Source: Octopus sinensis | Taxonomy: Eukaryota | Reading direction: 5' to 3' | DNA: 64,000 nt | Assembly (NCBI RefSeq): GCF_006345805.1 | Contig: NC_043015.1 | Location: forward strand, 46,438,001-46,502,000 | Shown here: positions 23,921-36,959 of the stretch, piece by piece | How the letters are laid out: each line of letters opens with the position of its first letter | Numbering within the stretch: position 1 is the stretch's first letter | Translations under genes and position numbers: made by a program | Notes under the pieces: model-generated | What the model was told of the DNA's origin: nothing | The model's input: only the letters and a program-made list of their open reading frames with translations | Database searches by the model: none

Positions 23921-25230
23921 TTCCCGTCGCTCTAAGATTTATTATATATATAATAAGAGATATACACATATATATCTAGATGCGTATATATTCATATACA
24001 AATGTGTGTGCCTGTGTGTGTTTTACTAATATTCAGTAGAAGTAACAGAGTGACTCAAGATCTGAGAGTTTCGCTTTATTCATTTCTTTTAATCATGAGT
24101 TACAAACGCATTTCAAGGACTGAGAATTTCACTTGTGAAACATATTATCCTTCATCATCCTCATTTTCAACATCCTCTTTTCTATGCTACAGACGGGGTC
24201 TGATTAGGCAGATTTTTATGCAGCCGGACGCCCTTCATGTTCCTAACCCATTCTTGTTTCCAAGCAAAGTATTATTTCCTCATGACCGAACATGATTTTG
24301 CGGTATACCGAAAATGAATGCAGCAAGAGGGAAATTAACTCATGTCTCGCTACATGAAAGACTTTGCTTGGAGACACACACGTATACATCTATTTATTAT
24401 TTCTTTACTACCCACAAGGGGCTAAACATAGAGAGGACAAACAAGGACAGACAAACGGATTAAGTCGATTACTTCGACATCAGTGCGTAACTGGTACTAA
24501 ATTTATCGACCCCGAAAGGATGAAAGGCAAAGTCGACCTCGGCGGAATTTGAACTCAGAACGTAGCGGCAGACGAAATAGTGCTAAGCATTTCGCCCAGC
24601 GTGCTAACATTTCTGCCAGCTCGCCGTTATAACCATCTCGCGCATATATAACAGGCTTCCGTCTACCAAATTCATTTACAAGACTTTGGTTGGTCCAGGG
24701 CTATTGTAGAAGACACTTACTTGTCCAAGATGCCAGGCAGTGGGACTGAACTCGGAACTATGTGCAGATATGAGTTAAACACTCATATCTGCATCTATGT
24801 ATATGCCTATATATCTATTTCTTTACTACCCACAAGAGGCTAAACAAAGAGAGGACAAACAAGGACAGACAAACGGATTAAGTCGATACTTATTTAATCG
24901 ACCCCGAAAGGATGAAAGGCAAAGTCCACCTCGACGGAATTTGAACTCACAACGTAACGGCAGACGAAATACGGCTACTCATTTCGCCCGGCGTGCTAAC
25001 GTTTCTGCCACCTCGCCGCCCTATATATATGCCTATATATCCTTATATGTATGTGCCTGTGCGTGCGTTTCAACTGAAACGTAAATATGTATATATAAAT
25101 CGATATGTATATATCGTCACCGAAAGATATGCACATAAAAAAACCCAGAGAAGTAGAGAAAACAGCAGAGTAAATTAGATAATGATAGTTATGGCCATAA
25201 CTATCTTTATCGCATACATATATATATATA

Positions 25231-25379
25231 TAGGTTTCCCGTCCAAAAAGGTTTTAGCTTTATGGCGTATCGTCAGATTCCCAAAACCTGTTGGCCCACG
25301 ACCTCTTGTCATGGGTCAACAGGTTTTGGGAATCTGACGATACGCCATAAAGCTAAACCCTTTCTGGACGGGAAACCTA
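25231..25379. repeat. 72-bp-arm hairpin (5-nt loop, 4 substitutions); possible TA-flanked mini-MITE
   Basis: 25231-25302 vs 25308-25379. Confidence 0.9.
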
Positions 25380-25394
25380 AGGTAATCCCATAAA

Positions 25395-25477
25395 CCGGCC
25401 CTCGCCATTTTTGATATATACTGCTCTACATCTTACAGTGTGCTTCTTTCGGATTTATGTTTTTTTACAAACGAAGT
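25395..25477 (+). promoter_or_regulatory. Candidate transcription start and first exon of the + strand gene (probably PACRG)
   Basis: CpG-containing ccggccctCGCCATTTT (YY1-like motif) followed by a strong donor GTGAGT at 25478. ATG at 25457 gives MFFYKRS in phase 0, compatible with the 39637 exon. No transcript evidence. Confidence 0.3.
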
Positions 25478-25599
25478 GTGAGTGTGTGTGTGGTGTGTGC
25501 ACGCGTGTGCGTATGTATGTATGTATATATGTATGTATGTATAGTATATTGTCAATGTATCATATATCTGAATAAGGAAATATGATACATTAAGGCTCT

Positions 25600-26830
25600 T
25601 AATCATCCGTGCCCTCTTATTTGATTAAACTTTGTGTATTTCTTGAAAGTTCTTAGATTTTTGGAGTGATACACAAATAGGGGCTTTAATTTCATTTTAC
25701 CAGCAGCATTTTCTCCCATAAGAAGTGTCAGGCGATTTTTGGAAGCTTTAAATCCTGGTGTTAACTTCTCAAGAAATAAAAGTTCTAGCAGGCAGGTGTT
25801 TCCAGAAAAGTGCAGTTTCATCAACATAGTATGCTTGCTCTGGCCCCCTTTAGTAATCATTTTCTTCAACTGCTCAGGGTAATTGGTAGCAGCCTCTGTA
25901 TCATAGCACACAGTTTCACTAGTATTGTGCAAATTCATGCATTTCTTAAACCTTTCATCCCAGCCTTTTCTAACCAGACAGGATTTTTGGATATTTCGGT
26001 TTGAACGGCAGTTTTTTAACATATTATCTAGGTAACTAAACACTTTTAAACTTCGTATACTGGTAGAATGTGTTTATAAAACATCTTTTTTCTCTTGGCT
26101 TTATTGAGAAAATTCTATAGTTTGTAAGATATTTGTTGTTTTTTTTTCTTCAATTTCTGCAATTTCAACCAATCAGTGATGTCTACTGAGTTACAAAACA
26201 TTCTGTGCCGTATGAATATGTCCCTCGTTTAAGAAACATTCGGTTTATTTACATTTGTGAAGAAAAAAAAGATACCCTTCCCCCACCCCTAACCCTAACT
26301 AACCCTAACCCTAAAAGAGATTGACATGCAATAGATCGATTCTAAAGTCATAATTATGGGTGACAATTTCATATGACACCGCTAGAAAAAACTGCCATTC
26401 AAACCAAAAAGATCTGGATTTTTTATTAAATGTTTCACCTTCCATTTTTGGCAAATTGTCATATAAACTTTTGGCTTGGATTTTGAATTACCATGTTATG
26501 CCAATTCTGATCCTCAATCCATACACTCAAGAGGCATTCCATTTTGAGCATTACATTAGATCTATGAAAAAAATAAGGTCAGGTCAATTAACAGAGTGGC
26601 TTCTTAAGCACTCAGCATAATTTTCTCTCTGTATTCATGTATTGGTCCCACTGTAGATGCTGCAAGATTTAATGTTTTGGCAAACTTTTGGCAAAATTTC
26701 TGCAGTCAGTATTTTTAAAACATCAAATTTAATACCCTGTGTAATCCCTTTATAATTCCTTTCCACATTAGTTCCTTCAGGTTTACTTGACAGCTTCTTT
26801 CTAGACGCCTTAAGCTGAAGGTAAATCCAA
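25600..26830 (-). mobile_element. Tigger/pogo transposase pseudogene fragment (CENP-B HTH to start of DDE), interrupted by MITE M
   Basis: Frameshifted pieces YKGITQGIKFDVLK, AKTLNLAASTVGPI, LSVWIEDQN, KGWDERFKK, DTEAATNYPEQLKKMI, TPGFKASKNRLTLLMGENAAGKMKLKPLFVYHSKN. Confidence 0.85.
25989..26415. mobile_element. MITE family M copy 6
   Basis: TIRs and an exact 8-bp TSD ggattttt (25981-25988 / 26416-26423). Confidence 0.9.
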
Positions 26831-27776
26831 CAGCAAAATAAAATCGGCCCAAGAAATATTTGCTTTGTGAGAACAGAAGATTTTCTTATTTCTATGCAAT
26901 AATGAAAATGAGATGAAAAGGTAAAGGACTGAGAAAGAGAAAGTAATATATGATTTCTGTTGGCTGAAGGGTCACCAGATTTTAAAGACAATTTTCCCTT
27001 GCACTTTTGACTTAAGCCATAAACACACACGTGCACACACACACACACACTGTGTCAGCTTTTCATCAGCATCTGTTTGTTTTCATTCCTTCTTCCTTCT
27101 TGGTCGTCATAATCCTCAGCCCACAGACGGTCTTATTCCAGTCCCATCTTCATTCATTGATTTTCCTTTCTTCAGGAAAGTCTTCTTTGCCATCTCTTGG
27201 AATATCATTCCAAGCTTTCTTTTTTATTCCCCATGTCACAAGAGGACATGCTCAGCTTCTAGATGTCTATTTTTTATCTTCTACTCATTTCATTTCAGTC
27301 ATTAGATTGTGGCCATGCTGGGGCACTGCATCAAAGAATTTTTAGTCAAATGAATTGTTGTTTTTTTTAAGCCTGGTACTTATTCTATCAGTCTCTTTTG
27401 CAGAACTACTAGGTTACGTAAACTCATCAACACTGGTTGTCAAACAGTGGTAAGGAACAAACACAGACACAAAGGCACCAACTCACACAGATACAAAAGC
27501 ACACACACACACACATATACACAACAGGCTTCTTTCAGTTTCCATCTACCAAATCCATTCACAAGGCTCTTGTCAGCCTGAGGCCATGTAGAAGACACTT
27601 GCCCAAGGTGCTATGCAGTGGGACTGAACCTAGAACCATGTGGTTGGGAAGCAAACTTCTTACCTGAAGACATCCAGTTATTCCAGATCTGATATGTGGG
27701 CCTTTTAGCACAGCTGTCTTGGCGCCGCTTATTTGGCATCGCTGATTCGATGCTGACTTATTTGACATCAGACATT

Positions 27777-27871
<95 letters not shown>

Positions 27872-28289
27872 GCTCCCTCTCTATCTCCCTCCTCTCTCTC
27901 CCTCCCTCTCCCCCTTTCTCTCTCTTTGTATGTATGTGTGTCTGTGTTTACCTCCAGCACCAAAATGTGCCGTTTGCCAAAGCAGGTTGCATTTCCAGTC
28001 AGTCATGCCAAACTGTCAGCATCCAAACAGATGCACACTGTCATCTCATTCTGCTAACACATCATATCTTTTGATGTCTTATTGAACACCACATCTATTG
28101 TGCATTGGATAAAAAACAAATGTCTTGCAGTATTTGTTCTGGCTTTCTCTATGTTCTGAGTTCAAATCCTGCTAAGGTCAGCTTTGCCTTTCTTTCTTTC
28201 AAGGCTGATTAAGTTAAAACACCACTTCCTGGAGTAGATTGGTACAATCATTAGTGTTACAGACATGATGTCTTGGTTCAGCTCTTTGA

Positions 28290-28535
28290 ATTCATTGTCA
28301 TCGCTTTTGTTGTCATCATCATCATCATCATCATTGTCATTATCTTCATCATCATCATAATCATCATTATCTTCATCATCATCATCATCATCATTATCTT
28401 GTTCATCATTATCTTCATCATTACCATCATCATCATCATCATCATCTTCATCATTACCATTATCATCATCATTATCATCATCACCATCATCATCATCTTT
28501 ATCATTATCATCATCATCATCATCATCATTATCAT
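28290..28535. repeat. (CAT/TAT)n trinucleotide tract
   Basis: Read directly; explains the poly-D, poly-I and poly-M ORFs. Confidence 0.95.
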
Positions 28536-29654
28536 TAATTTCACGGCCACTTTTCCATGCTTGCATGAGTTAGATGGAATTCATTGAAGCAGATTTTCTA
28601 TGGTCGAATGCCCTTCCTCTCACCAGCCCTCTCACCTATTTCTAAGAAAGGTATTTTTTTTTCAAAGCTAAAGACATTTCCGCAGAAGATTAGAAATGAA
28701 CAAGACCACTTGTATGACCATGATGCTCATTCACAACTATTGTATTGTACAACTATTGTATTACAGTTCTATATTTAATATATTCTATATTAACTATTGT
28801 ACTGTACAACTAAAACACACAATGGGCTTCTTTCAGCTTCTGTCTATCAAATCCATTCACATTACTTTGGTTGGCTTAGAGCCATACAGTAGAAGACATT
28901 TGCCCAAGGTGCTAAGCAGTGAAACTAAACCCAAAGTCATGTGCTTGGAAAGTAAACTTGTTAACTATACAGCCATGCCTACATTTGAATTCTAAGTTCA
29001 ATTTTCATGAAGGGGCTCAAATCCCACCAATGGCCCCAGTTAGTTACCCAACCATGAGATTACAACTGATTATGAAAGCTGAAGTGGGTGGAAGAGAATT
29101 GGAGCCATCCACTACAACAGTTGTACGGTGATGATTATGATAAAAGTGCCATAATTTAACAGCACAAAGCATTTTATCTGATATTCTATTGCTGTATTTC
29201 CCAAATGTTGGGGGAATTCTTAGAATGTATCCCTTGTCTCTGAGAACCCCTACATAAAAATTATTATACATCATCATCATCATTTGACATCTGTTGTCCA
29301 TGCTGTTTGGACAGTTTGACCCAAGCTAGCAAACTAGGGAGCTGTACCAGACTCCAGTCTGATTTGGCATGGTTTCTACAGCTGGATGCCCTTCCTAATG
29401 CCAACCACTTTACAGAGTGTGCTGGGTGCTTTTACATAGCACCATACGAGTACTTTTATGTGACACCATATCAGCGCTTCTATGTGGTGCCGCACAATGT
29501 ATCTTCTATTCATCTTTTTCCCTTCTCATTTCATAATGTTAAATTTCAGAGATTAAACAAACAATGAAACAGTCTTTTAAAGGTTTTGATACTTCTAAGA
29601 TCATCAGATGCTACAGAGAGGGTTTAACCCTTTAATCTTCAGATTACTCTGTCA

Positions 29655-30170
29655 AATGTAATGTACTTGTACTTGTACTTGTGGTGACATTCACCCTGGA
29701 TGGGTTGAGTCAGCTTCTTCTACCACCCTCGAGGCATCTCGAACCATGGCAGTGGAAGAAGTTTCGTGGGAATATGAATTTCACGAGCGGTCCTCAACAA
29801 TCCCACATGTAGAGACATCCTGTTTGCCGCATATTGTCCGCAGACGCAGGGACAGAACGACCGAGGAGTCGCCGGTTGCCGAAACAGACACTCCGAGGAT
29901 TTTCACCAGAGCCCCGTTTGCCGGGTTGTGGTCCTAATACCACTCGGTGTCAGACCAATCCGCCTTGGGTGGCCCTACCAGGAACCGAAACAGACACTCC
30001 GAGGATTTTCACCAGAGCCCCATCTGCCGGGTTGTGGCCCTAATACCACTCGGTGTCAGACCAATCTGCCTTGGGTGGCTCTACCAGGAACCGAAGTTCC
30101 TGACGGCATAGATCTGACACTACCCATTGCGAGCGTCCCCACCATGGTGAGAAGGGGATGGACTTTGGGG
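29655..30170 (-). mobile_element. 3' end of an RTE-like LINE with an internal 106-bp tandem duplication
   Basis: (caagta)n tail at about 29660-29680; homologous to 61720-62165; duplicated unit 29880-29985 / 29986-30091. Confidence 0.65.
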
Positions 30171-30776
30171 ACACAATGTAATACTTATTTATTCATATTG
30201 TTTTGAATTAACCAGTGGAGACCTCCAGCATTCTTGATCCTTGGACTACATCTCTGCTCACTGCTATCAGAGCAGAGATGGCTATCTGTAAATGCCAGTC
30301 CCTTGAATCAGAGTGGCTGTTCCAGCATGTCTACATTGCCATCCTCTGGGACAGTGACTTTTCCATTTTATCTGCTGGGACCATGAGGTGGATTGCCTAG
30401 TCATTTTAGTTTTAGCTGTTGTACTTCACTGGTACATACACCATTCTTAATTGTAAAATCAAGATGGCTTAACATTTTTTTTTAAAATTGCCTATCTTCT
30501 ATTCAGTCAAATTGATGAAATAAGTGGTGCTAAAGACTTAGAATAAACATGACAGTATTGTGACAAGGCTGGGCCTTTGAATTACAAGTACACTCCATCC
30601 AGTAGGCTTCTATACAGTCACAGTCTACCCAAATGCACTCACAAGGGTTTTGATCAACCCGGTGCTATGACAGATCCATGTGCTCAAGATTCCACACAAT
30701 GGAAGTGAAACTTGAACCTCATAGTTTCAAGGCAAACTTCTTAATCGCTCATCCATGCTTGCTTGCAACACACACA

Positions 30777-30807
<31 letters not shown>

Positions 30808-32301
30808 CACCCACATTCACACACACACACACACACACATGCTGACATATCTTGGTAGTAATTGCTTTTCTTCAGTACGCAGAAGAATTAAGATAGCTGG
30901 CTTTATGTCTGATGAACAAGTTTATCATTAAGCCTACCTAAAGCTGAAACCCTTCCCAAGTCTTAGTGGCAAATCATAGATGAAAATTACAATAACCACA
31001 TCATATTACAAGTGTCTTGCACTCATTACCAGAGTCTATTCAGAAATTGTGGTGCACCTGAGCACTGTATACAATAATTTCATTATTATTATTATTATTA
31101 TCATAACAAAAGTAATTAGCTGCTGTTTGTTAGCTGAAAGCTGTAATTGTCTTTGTGAGCGTGTAATTGTGTATGTGTGTGCATGTCACAATGTCATAAT
31201 GTTTTTAGATAAGCTAATATGATGAGATATCTGAAGCCTAATGAATTAAATGAATATGTTACTGATAGCAACTTGTCTAAACACATGCGATATACATACA
31301 AAGGCCTTGTAGATATAAATAAGCACCATGAAGAAATGGAGAAGTAACAATTCACTGCTGTATGAGCTACACATAGAATTCATTTCATGCACTGTGTTAT
31401 AAGTGGCTCAGTCCATTTAGCTGTAAGTAGGCACCACGTGGAGATCACTTGTCTAGTGATTGAGACCTTTGAAATCAATGTCAGTGTCATAAAACTGGTA
31501 CCCATGCCAGTGGCACATAAAAAGGGCCCTTCAAATATTGGGCCCCACAGAGGCAGTGACAAGTTACTGAGTGAGACTTTTGGCAATATACTGTGCTTGA
31601 AGACCTGTCAAGCTAAGTGAGATTTTAGTTATGACCGATGCTAGTGTTTCATAACTAGCACCTGTACCAGTGGGATGTAAAAAGCACCCGCTACACTCCT
31701 GTAGTGGTTGGCATTAGGAAGGGCATCTGGCCATAGAAACCATACCAATTTGGACTGGAACCTGGTGCAGTTCCCCAGCTTACCAGTTTTCAATTGAACC
31801 ATCCAACCCATGCCAGAATGGAAAACGTATGTTAAATGATGAATGATGATGATGGAGATACAGTTCACTGCTGAGCTGTCTTCATAAAGTGGCTCAGTCC
31901 ATGTAGCTACAAATGTGCAGGGCCGGCTGAATGTACTGAAGGCAGCTTGGACCATCGCCCTGGATGCCACCTACTAGAGAGCAGAGAACACCATGTCATG
32001 TTTGAGATCTTCCAAATACAAAGACAGATTAGATTCTTCATCAGTTTTATTATTAGAAACTGTTTTAGTTGAGTTATTGTGTGTTTTTCAGAGTGTTCGT
32101 TTCATTGACATTCTTTAATTCATTTGGAGAAAATTCCTTACATCTATGGCATCCTTTGGACTTTCTCTCATCAACCATCCATACCATTCTCCTCTCAGTG
32201 TTTGTAACGCATATTTATCTAGATCATTGCCAATAATGTAGTAATGGCTCTGTCTTTATACAATCTTGCTCTGTCTTTATACAATCTATTAGTACTCCAT
32301 A

Positions 32302-32338
<37 letters not shown>

Positions 32339-33926
32339 GAAATGAGATACTCAGAAATTCGGATGGTTTTATATTTACAGATATTTATTTGTATATTACA
32401 TGTTTTTATACATCATATAACTTATATCATATATCATATATTAGCGCTTTCGTCTATTCTGGTGGATTTTTCAAATGGAACTAAGTTCCTGTGGAAAAAT
32501 TTTGACCATTTTATAGTGTTATTGAGTGGGTAGTGGTGGTGAGGGATATAAGACAGTACAAGAGGGTGATGGATGGGGAGAAAGTGAGAGAGAGAGAGCA
32601 TGTGTGTGTGTGTGTATGTGTGCTTTTGTATCTGAAAGTAGTGTTAGAGAAAAAGAAGGGATGGAAAAAAAGGGAGAGAGGGAAGAAGAAAAAATTGTTT
32701 TGATGGTTTCTTTTGTGAGTGTGTCCATGTATTAATGGATTCTTTCATTGTGTTTTTGTTTCCAACAGCTTCTTAGGTGGCAGTGTCATTTCAAATCCTC
32801 CCCTGGGCTGGCAGAAAGCAATGGGAAACAGAATCGTCTCTGTAAAACTTCACTTCATGAGACACAAAAAAAAAGTAACACACTCTGCTTTCAGAAGTAT
32901 TGAGTACTTCATTTCATATTTGTTAAGTCTTGTTCTAATGAACAAACACACAGGTACACGTAAATGCGAGAATGAAATTTGCTTAGGGGGATACAAACCC
33001 AGTTTTCAGGAGGATGTTCAAAGTGTTTTCACTTCCCGCAAAAAATGTTTGGGAGTGGACCACTTGCACCCCCGATGGCCCTGTTCTCAAGCTCATGCAG
33101 GAATATACACACATATGATGACATTTGCATAGAGAAAGGTCTGAGCACTCAAAGGGAACGGACCCTATGGAAGAGGGAAACTGAGAAAGACCTCACTCCT
33201 AGAGTGTAGCTGGGGTGTGTACCACCCAGGATAACACAGGACCATATTGATTGGTGATATATTTAGTAATGCATGTTGTGCTGCAGAAGACCTGATCAGG
33301 TCTTGCATAACGAGGGATTACTTTGAACCTGTTGATTACTGGAACACCCGTTCTCTTTTTTTGTTTGTTTGTTTTTTCACATACTCTTTACTCTTTTACT
33401 TGTTTCAGTCATTTGACTGCAGCCATGCTGGAGCACCACCTTTAGTCAAGCAAATCGACCCCGGGACTTATTCTTTGTAAGCCCAGTACTTATTCTATCG
33501 GTCTCTTCTGCCGAACTGCTAAGTGACGGGGACGTAAACACACCAGCATCGGTTGTCAAGCAATACTAGGGGGACAAACACAGACACACAAACACATACA
33601 CTCACATACGTATATATATATATATATATATACGACAGGCTTCTTTCAGTTTCTGTCTACCAAATCTACTCACAAGGCACTGGTCGGCCCAAGGCTATAG
33701 TAGAAGATACTTGCCCAAGATGCCACGCAGTGGGACTGAACCCGGAACCATGTGATTGGTTAGCAAGCTACTTGCCACACAGCCACTCCTGCGCCTGTAC
33801 ATGTGTACTGCCAACCGATACTCCTCTTTTCTCAGGTTACTCATGCATTGACGTCTGTCACTCTGTTTACCACTTAGTATTTCCTATCACTACTGCTGTC
33901 ATTGACAACCATCTCCCCCCACACAC

Positions 33927-33970
<44 letters not shown>

Positions 33971-34489
33971 ACATACACACAACAACAACAACCACACCAC
34001 CCCTCGTTCATCTCTGTCTCACTCTCTCTGTCCCTCTCACTCCCTCTCTTCATTTCTCTGTCTTTCTCCCTGTCTCCCCAGCATTCTGTATACCTCTGTT
34101 GATTCTCACTTCTCTCTTTTTCCCTCCTTCTCACTCTGTCTGTCTCTCTCACTTCTCTCTTTCTCCCTCCTTCTCACTCTGTCTGTCTCTCTCCTCTCTC
34201 TCTCCCTTTCTCTCTCCACCCTCCTCTCAGCAGTGTCCCTGATTAATGAATAATTACATTAGAACTGTAATAATATCTAGTATGCACACACCTCCACCTC
34301 CACTGCTTTCTCTCCTACAAGCAAATATACCCAAAGTGGTGCTGAAAACTTCCTGGCTTTAAGAGTATCACAAAAGGCCTGGTTGAAGGCCCAAACTTCC
34401 AAGTTCTTTAACAGAGCTTAGAAAAATTGGAAGACCACTGCATTGAGTGTATGAGAGGGGAAGACCGTGAGCTCCAAAATCGTTTTTTA

Positions 34490-34935
34490 TTCTCTCTCTG
34501 TTTATTTCCTCATGTTCCTCTCTGTTGAAAAGTGTAGGCTTGAAGCGTAAAAGACTTTCTCACCTTCCCAAACATTAAACTAATACACCTGTTTAATAGA
34601 TCGTTAGCTCGTACACACATTTTTTTTCTCTCCTTGTTTTTTTCTGTGTCCCTTTCTGTCAAAGAGCGTAGGCTCGAAACGTAAAAGACTTTTTCTATTC
34701 CTGAGCACTATACTAATACATTTGTTTGTTTGTACTCCACCTGCCTTCGTCTTTTGTTTATTTTCGTAAACCTTCTCATTATATATATATATATGACTTA
34801 ACTATCCTCTCACACCATCTCTGATGAAGGGATATAATTAATAAATATCCTAGAAACAGCTGTAAGACCTTCCATCTATAAATGCTCTAATATCTGCACA
34901 GCCTTGGTTTTTTATCTTATTACGCAAACAATTCT
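34490..34935 (+). mobile_element. PLE-derived repeats with hammerhead-type motifs
   Basis: Two tandem units containing (g/a)ag(c/t)gtaggct(c/t)gaa(a/g)cgtaaaagac (about 34510-34560 and 34650-34695), followed by a second repeat with a canonical core at 34818-34867. Confidence 0.55.
34818..34867 (+). ncRNA. Minimal type I hammerhead ribozyme motif (canonical CUGAUGA core, GUA site)
   Basis: TCT CTGATGA AGGGATAT aattaataa ATATCCTA GAAA C AGCT G TA AGA; the base of stem II is an A-A mismatch in this copy. Confidence 0.6.
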
Positions 34936-34989
34936 TATATATATATATATTTATATATGTGTATGTATATACATATACATACATTCGGC

Positions 34990-35460
34990 GAATATGGTGG
35001 GTGGAGCATTCTTTCCCATTCAAACTGCTCCAGCCTTTGGAATATCATCCTCACTGCTTGTGGCCAAGTATTATCCTGATGGAAAAACACCTTTTATCTT
35101 GAAAAATGGCCATTTTTCTTCTAGCGCTGATTTAAGCTGCTCGAGCTGCTTGCAGTAGATCTCCTTTATCATTTGGTTTGGGTCTGAAAGTTCAAATTGG
35201 ACTAAACCTTTCATATCCCACCAAAACGATAACACCTTACATGGGTGAAGACCTTCTTTAGCCTGGGGTGCCGGTGTTTCTCCTTTCACTACCCACGGTC
35301 TTCGGTGCTTGACATTTTTATAGAAAACCCATATCGGTCCAAAATTGGTTCATTCATGAAACGTGACAGCAAAGAAGAGCATGCATTATTAACTCTCTAC
35401 ACGCGATTAGACTCGGAAAGTTTGTGAGGAACCCACTGACCCAATTTGCTGACTTTGGTA
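34990..35460 (-). mobile_element. Mariner transposase remnant
   Basis: KLGQWVPHKLSE, GLHPCKVLSFWWDMKGLVQFEL, IYCKQLEQLKSALEEKWP, with frameshifts. Confidence 0.85.
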
Positions 35461-35463
35461 GTT

Positions 35464-35508
<45 letters not shown>

Positions 35509-36545
35509 AAAGCGCATGGCTCAGTGGTTAGAACTTTGATCTTACGACCATGAGGTTGTGGTTTCAATTCCTGGACTAGGTGATGCATTGTGTTCTTGAG
35601 CAAGACACTTTATTTCATGTTGCTTCAGTTCACTCAGCTGTAGAAATGAGTTGCGATGTCACTGGTGCCAAGCTGTATCGGCCTTTGCCTTTCCCTTGGA
35701 TAACATCAGTGGTGTGGAGAGGGGAGGCCGGTATGCATGGGCGACTGCTGGTCTTCCATAAACAACCTTGCCTGGACTTGTGACTAGGAGGGTAACTTTC
35801 TAGGTGCAAGCCCATGGTCATTCGTGACCGAAGGGGTCTCCAAGTAGTAGTAGTAGTAAGGTGGTGAGCTGGCAGAAATGTTAGCACGCTGGGCAAAATG
35901 CTTAGTGAGATTTCATCTGTCTTCATGTTCTAAGTTCAAATTCTGCCAAGGTCGACTTTGCTTTTCATCCTTACAGGGACAATAAAATATGTACCAACTG
36001 AGTACTATAGTCAATGTAATCAACTGTTTCCTTCCTCCAAGTTCCAGTAGAAAGGATTAAGGTGGGGTTATTTGATTATCCCTAAATGCCCTCCTGTATC
36101 ACCAGAACCCCACCACTATAATTTTTTTGTTTTTTTTCTTCCTAGTGCCATATTCTATGTACACTTCCCTTCTTTTAATATATACCATGTACACTTTTTT
36201 TTTTAATCATTCTATTATATGTAAACCCCCCGCACACACTCTATCCTTCGCCCCGGTGCTAAATAAAAGGAATCATTATTGTTACTCTCTTTCTCTCTTT
36301 TACTTGTTTCAGTCATTTGACTGTGACCATGCTGGAGCACTGCCTTTAGTCGAGCAAATCGACGCCAGGGCTTATTATTTGCAAGCCTAGTACTTATTCT
36401 ATCGGTCTCTTTTGCTGAACTGCTAAGTTACGGGGGACGTAAACACACCAGCATCAGTTGTCAAGCGATATTGGGTGGGACAAACACAGACACACAACCA
36501 TATACACGCACTCATACATACACACACACACACAGACACACACAT

Positions 36546-36576
<31 letters not shown>

Positions 36577-36577
36577 T

Positions 36578-36610
<33 letters not shown>

Positions 36611-36812
36611 CATATATACGACAGGCTTCTTTCAGTTTCCGTCTACCAAATCCACTCACAAGGCTTTGGTCAGCCTGAGGCTATAGCAGAAGACACTTGC
36701 CTAAGGTGCCATGCAGTGAGAATTAACCCGGAACCATGTGTTTGGTAAGCAAGCTACTTACCACACTGCCACTCCTGGACCTAAAAAAAACAAAAAAATT
36801 ATATTATTATTA

Positions 36813-36844
<32 letters not shown>

Positions 36845-36959
36845 TATGGTTTCCTTTTATTTTAACTTTATTTCGGTTGCCTTCGTACCGGGCATCCTCC
36901 GAAGGCCAAGAGTAGCAAAGGCACTTTTGTTTTGCTAAGCATGCTAAAATTATCACCAC

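Noticed and set aside
26635-27048. 137-aa minus ORF as a possible host-gene exon
   Set aside because: It is the frameshifted N-terminal HTH region of the Tigger transposase.
28162-28587. Poly-D, poly-I and poly-M ORFs
   Set aside because: Translations of a (CAT)n microsatellite.
32821-32875. MGNRIVSVKLHFMRHKKK as an alternative PACRG first coding exon
   Set aside because: Weak donor (GTAACA) and no similarity to PACRG N-termini.
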